Shown here in pieces: positions 1 to 7,844 of a DNA stretch of 59,619 nucleotides. Below the pieces are notes generated by a model. That model was not told where the DNA came from, did not search any database, and saw only the letters and a program-made list of their open reading frames with translations. This DNA is from a virus (lineage: Duplodnaviria > Caudoviricetes). The stretch lies in IMG/VR virus record IMGVR_UViG_3300046170_000404, positions 1-59,619 of that record; one strand, 5' to 3'. Each line of letters starts with the position of its first letter. Position 1 is the stretch's first letter. The translations under genes were made by a program, and so were the position numbers.

Positions 1-3
1 CCT

Positions 4-144
4 CACATGCAATCTCAAAGTTTACGCACGTATAAAGGTATATATGAAGAAGAAAAAAACCCACATGCAATCTCAATATTTACGCACGTATAAAGGTTAA
101 TGAGTATTGTAAAAATTCCACATGCAATCTCAAACTTTACGCAC
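4..144. repeat. Three direct repeats, core CACATGCAATCTCAA.NTTTACGCAC(GTATAAAGG), period 57-58 bp
   Basis: Copies start at 4, 62 and 119; read directly from the sequence. Confidence 0.9.
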
Positions 145-163
145 TACGAAGTAGTGCGTAAAG
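135..163. other. Perfect 13-bp inverted repeat with a GAA triloop
   Basis: CTTTACGCACTAC-GAA-GTAGTGCGTAAAG. Confidence 0.9.
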
Positions 164-548
164 AAATCGTGAGACGTGGTTCAAGCGTCTTGAATTTTTT
201 TGATTGCGTCTTTTAGATTGAGTGATGAGTAGGCACGGATAACAGGTTCTCGGTTCACGAACCACGAAAATTTGTAGATTTTGAGGGGGTCTCTGCGAGA
301 GGTCTTCTCGCAAGATAAAAGATTGTCCACCATTTTTAAAATGTGTTAAAGTGCCAATTAATTTGGTACTTTGATAAACCAATATTCTTGACATCATTTG
401 ACTTGAGTTCAATCCAAATACTTTTGTTGTTTATCAACCAATAAACATCTGGAATTCCATTGATTGTATTACTTTCTATGCGAAATAATTGACCTTTTAA
501 CTTTAATTTTTTTATACGTTGCCAAAGATTATTTTCTGGTTTTCTCAT
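137..548 (-). CDS. VRR-NUC / PD-(D/E)xK endonuclease (putative Holliday junction resolvase), split by one frameshift near 345
   Basis: GIPD...WIELK...LSKYQINWH motif in ORF 336-548; continues as HFKNGGQSFIL in ORF 137-412. Confidence 0.7.
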
Positions 549-570
549 TATGTTATTAAGTCAATAACAT

Positions 571-611
571 AAAAAAAGGGACAACTAAAGTCTCCCGTTG
601 TTGCCCCTTTT
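571..611 (-). terminator. Intrinsic terminator after the early gene block
   Basis: Minus-strand stem AAAAGGGGCAAC/GTTGTCCCTTTT followed by a U-tract. Confidence 0.7.
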
Positions 612-655
612 AATCAAAATATTTGGTTGTCCGTGTTAACCCAAATATCAAGAAT

Positions 656-829
656 TTAAGAATAATATCTTTTTAAATAATAAGCAAGTGATCTCTCAAT
701 TTTAAAAGAAAAGGCAATTTGAGGTTCAATAAACTCTTCTCTGCAATTACTAAAATCTTTAATAAAATCTTGAAAAGTGCCTTTGTAATTTTTGTTTAAT
801 GCTTTTTTATATATTTCTCGCAAAGTCAT
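656..829 (-). CDS. Hypothetical protein, 57 aa (MTLREIYKK...)
   Basis: Translated by hand; TAATG stop-start overlap with the upstream gene. Confidence 0.6.
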   Translation of the reverse strand: MTLREIYKKALNKNYKGTFQDFIKDFSNCREEFIEPQIAFSFKIERSLAYYLKRYYS

Positions 830-1104
830 TAATAAATTACAGGAATTATTGGAAGTTCTTTTATATTTGTATGAATTGCCCCACCATTATTTCCCTCATC
901 ATCACTTGTTGGAGTTAACCAAGTTCCATTGTCTAAAAGAATTTGAATTGGTCTATTATGCCAACCTTGATCTTTACTTAATTCTTGAACGCAATACTCA
1001 ATCTTAACAATAGTTCTTCCAACTAAATATTTATTTATTTTTTTTTGCCATGTTTTACTCAACTCTTCATTATTCATTTCATCAAGTTTTTTTTCTTTTG
1101 CCAT
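829..1104 (-). CDS. Hypothetical phage protein
   Basis: ORF track; LVGRTI...DDEGNNGGA pattern typical of small phage genes; SD-like AAGGA upstream. Confidence 0.75.
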   Translation of the reverse strand: MAKEKKLDEMNNEELSKTWQKKINKYLVGRTIVKIEYCVQELSKDQGWHNRPIQILLDNGTWLTPTSDDEGNNGGAIHTNIKELPIIPVIY

Positions 1105-1286
1105 TTTTCATATTCCTTTTCTTGTGTGTAATCCCAAACAGAAATAAATCTTTCAAGCCATTTTTCTTGTTTGAGTGTTAGTGTCATATTCCAAGCCAAC
1201 TCTTCATCTGCACTTCCTAATGGGGAGAGTTCTTCTCTCTCCCCAAAATTATTGTAGATTTTAACAAGTGTTTCTATACTACGCAC
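1074..1286 (-). CDS. Hypothetical protein
   Basis: ORF overlapping both neighbours in operon fashion. Confidence 0.6.
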   Translation of the reverse strand: MRSIETLVKIYNNFGEREELSPLGSADEELAWNMTLTLKQEKWLERFISVWDYTQEKEYEKWQKKKNLMK

Positions 1287-1896
1287 TTAATTGTTTAACA
1301 GTTGTTTCTGGAATTGTAATTGCAATTTTTGACTTTTGAGCAATCAAAGATATTTGTTTTAATACCTCTGTCCCAATCATGTCAGAGTGCAATAAGTCTT
1401 CTGCTTTTTCTTGCAAGTCGTCAATCATTTGTACTTCTTGACCTTTTTTTGATTGATAAAATGCTTTTTTAGTTTCTTCTAAACATTTTTCTTCTAAGTA
1501 TTTGTCAATCATAGCACAATGTTTATGAGTGCCCTTTTCAAAACAATCAGAGTAATCTGGTAAAGATGAACCATAATCCCAATCTCTATTGTCTTTCCAT
1601 TGTTTGATTTTACTTACTGCTTTTAAAGTTGCGTCTGCAAACTTTTGTCTTTTGTCTTGCAACTTTTTATCTATGCTTGAAAAGAAATCATTAAAATCTT
1701 TTTCTGCCAATTTTAATTCTTTCAACTCTTTATCCAATGCTAATCTTTTTAAAAACATTGGGTAGTTCTTTTCAGAGTTCTTATTGATCTCTGCCAAGTG
1801 CAAACTTTCAACTGCACTTCTTTTTTCTCTAAACTTTTTAGAAAGTTTATTTGACCAATATTCTCTGTTGTCTTTGCTTATTTGTTTATTACTCAT
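1279..1896 (-). CDS. Hypothetical coiled-coil early protein
   Basis: 205 aa ORF with GGAG SD. Confidence 0.8.
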   Translation of the reverse strand: MSNKQISKDNREYWSNKLSKKFREKRSAVESLHLAEINKNSEKNYPMFLKRLALDKELKELKLAEKDFNDFFSSIDKKLQDKRQKFADATLKAVSKIKQWKDNRDWDYGSSLPDYSDCFEKGTHKHCAMIDKYLEEKCLEETKKAFYQSKKGQEVQMIDDLQEKAEDLLHSDMIGTEVLKQISLIAQKSKIAITIPETTVKQLSA

Positions 1897-1925
1897 TTTT
1901 GCTCCATTGTTAGTTGTTAGTTAGT

Positions 1926-1960
1926 GAGTACCCTCAATGGATATCTTCCAGAGGGTACTC
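1926..1960. other. Stem-loop in the early leader region
   Basis: GAGTACCCTC...GAGGGTACTC inverted repeat. Confidence 0.6.
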
Positions 1961-2058
1961 TGTAAGTTTGGTTTTTAAAGTCTATACTAAACTTACAAAG
2001 AAACAGACTATTTGTTTTTATCTTACTTACGAGAGGTAAAAAACAAATAAAAATTTTG

Positions 2059-2656
2059 TTATCCAATAGTAAAGCCACCAGAATTTTTACAAAACTCTGA
2101 AAACTTTTTTACATTATCAACAGAAAAAGGGATAATTACCATTAAAATTTTTTTTATCATAAATCTCATCCCATTTTCTTTTAAATTGATCTGGAAATTC
2201 ATTTGGTGCAAGATTATATTTACCAAGTTTTTTTTCAACTGCTTTACAAAACTTATCTAATTGTTTTTCAATCTTGTCATTATGCTTTTCAATTATTTTT
2301 CTATTCTTTTCAAATTGATCTTCGTATGCTTTACAATGACCAGATTTAATTAAATGATCTAATTGTTGAGATATCATTTCTGCGTTTTGTTGCGAAACTT
2401 CATAACAATCATTATAGCCCCAATGTTCATGTTCATTTTCTGGAATTACTTTTGTATGTGTTAGAACATAATCTGCTAAAGGTCTCCACCACCAAACATT
2501 ATTTCTAAAATAAGTTCCAGATTGAGAAGTGTAATTATCTTGTTCTTCAAAATATTTATTCTGTATATCTTCTGATAATTCAAATAAATTATCTGGTTTT
2601 TTTGGTTCTTCTATGTGTAAGTTTTTTGGATTCATTCCTGTAATATCAAATCCCAT
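2059..2656 (-). CDS. Hypothetical phage protein (YFRNNVWWWRPL motif), frameshift near 2125
   Basis: ORF 2117-2656 continues as SVDNVKKFSEFCKNSGGFTIG* in the adjacent frame. Confidence 0.75.
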
Positions 2657-2820
2657 TATTGCTCCTTTGTTAGTTTTTTTATTATTGATTTAAGATTTTT
2701 TAAAGTTGGTGGAAACATGTCTTGTGATGAAGTTGCAAAATCTTTCCTAGCTATATCTAGATCATCACTTAACCAATTAATTAAAAAGTCTTTTTCTTTT
2801 TTTGTTAGTTTTATAATCAT
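2656..2820 (-). CDS. Hypothetical protein, 54 aa (MIIKLTKKEK...), probably leaderless
   Basis: Translated by hand; ATG directly follows the promoter/operator; TAATG overlap downstream. Confidence 0.6.
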   Translation of the reverse strand: MIIKLTKKEKDFLINWLSDDLDIARKDFATSSQDMFPPTLKNLKSIIKKLTKEQ

Positions 2821-2855
2821 ATCCCACGAATATAAGATATGAGTTTTATTGTCAA
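2821..2855 (-). promoter_or_regulatory. Sigma70-type early promoter with ATCYYA-N6-TRRGAT operator
   Basis: TTGACA at 2855-2850; palindrome ATCCCA-CGAATA-TAAGAT at 2821-2838. Confidence 0.7.
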
Positions 2856-2858
2856 ATG

Positions 2859-2957
2859 TTAATTTATGCCTAAAAAGGCAATTAAACCAATGATTATTAG
2901 GGTGGGTATAGGGTAAAATACAATTAATCTTACTAAAAACGCTAAAAAATTATCCAT
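2859..2957 (-). CDS. 32-aa hydrophobic peptide MDNFLAFLVRLIVFYPIPTLIIIGLIAFLGIN
   Basis: Translated by hand; similar to the peptide at 58344-58433. Confidence 0.6.
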   Translation of the reverse strand: MDNFLAFLVRLIVFYPIPTLIIIGLIAFLGIN

Positions 2958-2996
2958 GATTTGAGAGAGATATACGTTAAAAATTTAATTACAAGA

Positions 2997-3320
2997 TTAA
3001 AGTTTTATTTTTTTTATTGATTGAATAACTGATGTTGGAATTATTGTAGTATTACCTATATTATCAAATGTTGGTTTATCTTTTGTTTCAATATAATCAG
3101 TAAATATTCTGGTTATACCTTTTGATTGAGATAATAAATATCCTTTTGAAACGCATATTGGAAGTTTAGAATTTTTTAAATTTTTTGTATCTGACCAACC
3201 ACTGTCCCCCTCTATATCTGCCCATTTAATCTCAACAAATGGATAATCTAAAATATTGTTTCCTAAATTTTTAAAATTAAAATTTAAAATTTTTGATTTT
3301 TGTATTTTTTTTGTTTTCAT
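2997..3320 (-). CDS. Hypothetical phage protein (VEIKWADI.GDSGW...GNTTIIP pattern)
   Basis: ORF track; motif pattern common in marine phages. Confidence 0.75.
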   Translation of the reverse strand: MKTKKIQKSKILNFNFKNLGNNILDYPFVEIKWADIEGDSGWSDTKNLKNSKLPICVSKGYLLSQSKGITRIFTDYIETKDKPTFDNIGNTTIIPTSVIQSIKKIKL

Positions 3321-3414
3321 AATTCCCACATATCACTTCAAAGTTTTGAAAATAATTCCCACATATGATCTCAAAGTTTTGAAAATAATTCCCACATATG
3401 GTCTCAAAGTTTTC
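3321..3414. repeat. Three tandem 33-bp repeats AATTCCCACATATGATCTCAAAGTTTTGAAAAT
   Basis: Units start at 3321, 3354 and 3387. Confidence 0.9.
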
Positions 3415-3509
3415 ATTTTTTGTCTTCAGTTAAAATTGAAACAATACCAACAGATGTACTTAAATGACTGTTATGTATTTCGTTAAAAACTGTCATAAAA
3501 TTTCCATCA

Positions 3510-4017
3510 TCAAGTAATTTCTTCTGGCGTAACGTCAATGATATTTTTGGCTTCTCCAATTTTACCTTCAAGTTCGGATAACCGTTTCTCAAGTTGTTCA
3601 CGACTCATACCCTCCAATCCAACATGGGTTACTTCTTTTTTATCTACAAAGAATCCTGCCATTTGACCACTACGATATTCTGCATTTACAGCTACAGAAA
3701 ATTGTTTTTTATCTTCTGCTTTTTTACTTAAGTGTTTCAAATCTTTTATATTTTTTAAGCTTGTCCCCTTCATGTTTTTTTAACTCCTGGTTATATTTCA
3801 TTTCCATATAACGCACTACATGAGGATTTTTATTTGGATTAGTTAGTCTACTTGCAATTTCTGTTGGTCCTTCTTTTTTCTCTGAGGTATAGCCAGCTCT
3901 GGAAGCTGCTTCGGTTTTAGAAATCTCTCCCCAATTACTAACATATATATCCACAAACGCTTTTTGTTTTAAAGTTAGTTCAGATGTTGATTTCAAAGTA
4001 TTTTTTCTTTTAGTCAT
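3510..4017 (-). CDS. terS: Terminase small subunit, split by a frameshift near 3730
   Basis: LTLKQKAFV..Y...TEAA.RAGY...ASRL..NP N-terminal HTH pattern; C-terminal part in ORF 3510-3773. Confidence 0.75.
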
Positions 4018-4040
4018 CTTGACCTCTTATATCATATAAT

Positions 4041-4260
4041 TTTTCCTAATACGCTTTCTTACAAACTTTTTTTATTTTATTTTTTAGCAGAAAATGGCCT
4101 CAAGCAGAGTATTTTCCTAGAATTACTAGGAATTTTCCTAGTGTTTTCCTAGTCTATTTTGCTCTAGAAGTGTTGTATATCAATGTTTTTCCTAGTTTCC
4201 TAGAAAAAAACCCTTACAAACTTTTTTTTATTTTTTTTTTCTAAGGAAGTGTACTAGGAA
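4041..4260. repeat. Iteron-like TTTTCCTAG cluster between two CTTACAAACTTTTTTT direct repeats (candidate origin or pac region)
   Basis: TTTTCCTAG at 4112, 4133, 4144, 4187; TTTCCTAG at 4196; inverted CTAGGAA at 4126 and 4254. Confidence 0.65.
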
Positions 4261-4261
4261 A

Positions 4262-4300
4262 CAAGGCCCGTGAACCGTGGTACATGGTACTTGGTACTAG
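4262..4300 (+). repeat. Six CNNG units with 7-bp periodicity
   Basis: CAAG, CGTG, CGTG, CATG, CTTG, CTAG at 4262, 4269, 4276, 4283, 4290, 4297. Confidence 0.75.
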
Positions 4301-4329
4301 GTCAACGAACCATTGCCCCAGATAAAAGA

Positions 4330-4358
4330 TTGACGGATCAAGATCAATGCCCTAAAGT
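4330..4358 (+). promoter_or_regulatory. Sigma70-type promoter of the candidate sRNA
   Basis: TTGACG-17 bp-TAAAGT. Confidence 0.7.
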
Positions 4359-4364
4359 TATCTC

Positions 4365-4460
4365 GAGTAATGTTTGTTATCATTTTCATTACCTCAATTG
4401 TTAGTTATATTCTTAGGCTCACGTTTTTGAATTTCCTTTCTAGTGAGCCTAAGTTTTATT
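4365..4460 (+). ncRNA. Candidate trans-acting small RNA, about 95 nt
   Basis: Predicted +1 coincides with a 5' hairpin; single-stranded linker AATTGTTAGTTATAT; 11-bp terminator stem CTTAGGCTCAC/GTGAGCCTAAG followed by TTTT. Confidence 0.6.
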
Positions 4461-4658
4461 ATGAGAAATCTTTTCGAAACACTAATTGATGTCGGCTCAG
4501 GCTTATTACTATCAACATTAGTGCAGCTATATATATTCCCCTATTTCGATATGTATCCAACGGTATGGGAGTCCTTTCATATAGCAGTCATATTTACGGC
4601 TATTTCTATTTGCAGATCCTGGTTGTGGAGAACATTTTTTAGAAGAAAAAAATCTTGA
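4461..4658 (+). CDS. Small two-TM membrane protein (DUF7220-like)
   Basis: ETLIDVGSG...IFP.F...IFTAISICRS..WR.FF pattern. Confidence 0.65.
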   Translation: MRNLFETLIDVGSGLLLSTLVQLYIFPYFDMYPTVWESFHIAVIFTAISICRSWLWRTFFRRKKS

Positions 4659-4706
4659 AAAAAAATTTTTTACCTATATATTTAATTTACTAACTTAGGA
4701 GAAATC

Positions 4707-4762
4707 ATGAGTTATATGCTTTAGCTTGCAGTTTGGCGATTGCTCCCTAGGCTGCAAGTTAA
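4707..4762 (+). other. Five-codon minigene (MSYML) with strong SD, followed by a 16-bp hairpin
   Basis: AGGAG at 4697-4701; ATG at 4707; TAG at 4722-4724; hairpin 4721-4762. Confidence 0.4.
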
Positions 4763-5202
4763 AGTTCAATATTTAAATCCTTTTTAAAATTATCAACATA
4801 AACATTATCAGCGTCCATAATTTGTCTACGTTTGTTTTCTATATTACGTCTAAGCTCACGTCTTAAATCATTATCGGTTTCTACTTTAAGTCTTTGAAAT
4901 AACTTATCGTATTCATACCAAAGAAAATGTTTTCTCTTAAATTTTATGTCCCCGTTCTTCAATGCTTTGTAATACCGGTACCTAACATTATCGGGTTCCC
5001 ATCCTGCCCACCAACAGATCTGTTCAAAATCTTCTGAAGCTGCTATCCAATAATGCGCATCAGTTTTGTGTAAAGAAGCTTTACGATCAGCACTCAAGGA
5101 TCTTGTATCCTCAAACGCATTTAAAATTACATGCCTCCATAACTTCTGTTCATTACAGATGTGATTTTCTTCTATAATATCGGCAGTTATTTTAATGCCC
5201 AT
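4759..5202 (-). CDS. Hypothetical phage protein (EQKLWRHVILNAFED pattern)
   Basis: ORF track; start placed at the MGIK ATG. Confidence 0.75.
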   Translation of the reverse strand: MGIKITADIIEENHICNEQKLWRHVILNAFEDTRSLSADRKASLHKTDAHYWIAASEDFEQICWWAGWEPDNVRYRYYKALKNGDIKFKRKHFLWYEYDKLFQRLKVETDNDLRRELRRNIENKRRQIMDADNVYVDNFKKDLNIEL

Positions 5203-5407
5203 AAGTTTTAATAAGTCTACTGAGTAGAGCACGATAATGGCCTTTCGATTTTTTAAAATTTAATCGAGTGGCGACCTCAAAGTGTTCGTGTACATCATCA
5301 ATCAAAGTTGTGATGGCTGCGCCTTCTAAGTTTTCTTCTTCAATATGTTCAGAGATATCTCTAAAATCTAATTGTGCTTCTGCTTTAGTATACTTATCCG
5401 CCATCAT
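5192..5407 (-). CDS. Hypothetical protein
   Basis: Operon-like overlaps with neighbours. Confidence 0.65.
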   Translation of the reverse strand: MMADKYTKAEAQLDFRDISEHIEEENLEGAAITTLIDDVHEHFEVATRLNFKKSKGHYRALLSRLIKTYGH

Positions 5408-5771
5408 TCGTAGCATCCTGTTTGTAATCACTAAATTTGATGACGTTGTTTTTACTTTTATTTTTTCTTTTAAAATTAGAAACCTTTGATGGATCGGGTT
5501 TATGCTTTTTAAATTTTGATAATGTTTTTTCTACTTCATCTAAATCTTTATCTATTTGTGCAAAGAATTCTTTATCATCCTGGTGTATCTCATATATGTC
5601 ATTAGCATCATTTAAGAAACGCTGATCCATCTCAGTATAACCGTAATTAACCCCATGCAACATAGCAAAGATTACAGAAGTAAGTTTACTGTATTGTGTT
5701 TTTGAAAATTTTTTAGAAGCTGCAATAAGCAACTTCGTCAAATCAGTGATACCATCCGTTTTGTTTGCCAT
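5394..5771 (-). CDS. Hypothetical protein
   Basis: 125 aa ORF. Confidence 0.7.
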   Translation of the reverse strand: MANKTDGITDLTKLLIAASKKFSKTQYSKLTSVIFAMLHGVNYGYTEMDQRFLNDANDIYEIHQDDKEFFAQIDKDLDEVEKTLSKFKKHKPDPSKVSNFKRKNKSKNNVIKFSDYKQDATNDGG

Positions 5772-5955
5772 TAATATAATCCCACGCTACCTTAAATAAT
5801 AATACTTGTTCTGCTTCTGATGATGAGCCGTGAGACGTGCTTCCTGATCCATTGCAAATGATACAAGATACAAAACTATTGACTAGAAGTCTTTTATTAA
5901 CCCTGTACCTTTACAGTCGGTACATATCTTGTAGGTTGCGTAATAGTTTAGTCAT
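5743..5955 (-). pseudogene. Small DnaJ-type zinc-finger protein, frameshifted (errors or pseudogene)
   Basis: Hand translation gives ICTDCKGTG and, in another frame, SCIICNGSG...VAWDYINGKQNGWYH*: two CxxCxGxG motifs. Confidence 0.55.
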
Positions 5956-6017
5956 ATAAAAAATTTACCTTCATAGGCAAGTACTTATTATAAACTAATC
6001 AGTGTCGTGGGTACAAG
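5943..6017. repeat. Copy 1 of a 75-bp direct repeat
   Basis: Nearly identical to 6581-6654. Confidence 0.95.
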
Positions 6018-6574
6018 GGACAGGAATTATTTTTTTACAGTAAACTAACTTAGGTTTTAAATTTTCTCTATCCCAAATTCTTTTACCATTCTTAAATACA
6101 CCTTTTTCTTTTCCAGATACTCTCTTACAAGTATAGCCATGAGTCTTACCAACAAGGTCCCATTTATCTTTTTTATACAGATCTGCAGTTCTAGGTGGTT
6201 CAATTAAAGATTCAAAACCTATGACCTTATTTTTATATTTATTATACCAATCAATACTAATTTGAGATCTCCATGTAGCTAACACCTTAGAAGTAAAGTT
6301 ACGAGTTGGATACTTTCCATTAACTTTTTCTACATGATAAAAGATATTATTTATAATGTTAGGAAATTTAGATTTATCAATTCCAAAAGTATTCATTGCG
6401 TCCTGGTAGAAACAAAGTGCAGCTCCCACCAATAATATGGCCATAATAAATATCATTATAGTAAATCGCATAACAAATAGATCTTCCTACAAAACCTTTT
6501 GGCTTTGTGTAATGTTTAGCCATTGATTGTTTAAGTCGTTCATCATTCTTTAAAGTTACTTCTAAACGAATCAT
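5995..6574 (-). CDS. DUF4338 (DruA/Mom-like GNAT-fold) protein, frameshift near 6385
   Basis: KHY....GR.I.Y, INNIF, NFTSKVL, DW..KY, ESLIE, LYKKDKWDLVGKTHG resemble the DUF4338 motif series; recognised by eye. Confidence 0.55.
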
Positions 6575-6580
6575 TCCCAA

Positions 6581-6654
6581 ATAGTTTAGTCATATAAAAA
6601 ATTTACCTTAGTGGCAAGTACTTATTATAAACTAATCAGTGTCGTGGGTACAAG
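6581..6654. repeat. Copy 2 of the 75-bp direct repeat
   Basis: Nearly identical to 5943-6017. Confidence 0.95.
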
Positions 6655-6705
6655 TTACAAGAAAAATATTTTTAATTAAAATGTTGTATGTTATATTTAC
6701 TTATC

Positions 6706-7819
6706 ATGAAAATAACTATTTTAGGAAGGGGTAATGCTGGATGTATATCTGCAATGCACCTTGCATATTTTAGAAAATTTAAAAATACTAAAGTAGAAAT
6801 AGATTTAATTTACGACTCTAACATTCCACCAGTGCCTACAGGTCAAGGTACTACGTTAGAATTTCCTGAAAAATTATTTGAAAATTTTGGCTCAAGTATT
6901 TTTAAATCATTTCCACATACTATTAAAGGTGGGATCATGTATGAAAATTGGAATAAAAAAAATAATAAATTCTTTCATTCTTTTCCTGTAGGTAAGTATG
7001 GATTACATATAGAACCTAAGGCATTTCAAGATTATGTATGTAATAATTTAAAAGTAAATTTTATGTCTAAGGATGAAAACATACAAAGCTATGATAGCCG
7101 TGGATTCAGATTACATTATTGATTGCAGAGGTAAGCCCTCTGATTTTAATGATTATGCTCCCCTCGTTAATCCACTTAACTGTGCTTTATTATCTGAGCT
7201 GCCACCAAAGGTAAATGATGTAAAATGGACTAGAGCAATTGCTCATGAACATGGTTGGTGTTTTTATATACCTTTACCAAGTAAAACTTCTTTAGGATAC
7301 CTGTTCAATTCAAACATAACTACAGCTGAAGAGGCTACTCTAAATTTTAAGAAAAAATTTGGAATAGAAAAAGTAAACAAAGTATTTCCTTTTAATCAAT
7401 ATATAGCCAAAGATCCCATTATAGATAATAGAGTCCTTCTTAATGGTAATAAATTATTTTTTTTAGAACCCTTAGAAGCTACTGCAATGGCTACTTATAA
7501 TTTTACTATTCAATGTTACTTCGATTATATGTTTCATAATATTGATGGTCAAACAACTAAATTCAAAATATTAGATTATATAAATAAAGTTGAAAATTTT
7601 ATTTTATGGCAATATCGAAACAATACTTTCTATCAAACTAAATTTTGGGATTTTGCTAATAAGCTTTCATTAAATACAGATCTTGGAGATTTAAATAGAA
7701 TAATGACTGTGGTCAAAGATATGACTGCAGAAGATACTAGAAAAAGTATTAAAGACAATGATAACTATGCTCAATGGCAGAATTGGAATTTTAAAATTTT
7801 TCATGACAACAGAATTTAA
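6706..7819 (+). CDS. Tryptophan-halogenase-like FAD-dependent oxidoreductase, frameshift near 7095
   Basis: ITILGRGNAG Rossmann motif, DYIIDCRG, GWCFYIP, FLEPLEAT. Confidence 0.75.
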
Positions 7820-7844
7820 TTATTTCTTTGGCTCTCTTTGTTTT

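Noticed and set aside
4-144. Left-end repeats as a mini CRISPR array
   Set aside because: Only three copies, short A-rich spacers that resemble each other, no cas genes, and the core recurs as a spacerless tandem array at 3321.
3256-3601. ORFs 3256-3486 (+) and 3413-3601 (-)
   Set aside because: The first is a translation of the 33-bp repeat; the second is an alternative frame of the TerS end.
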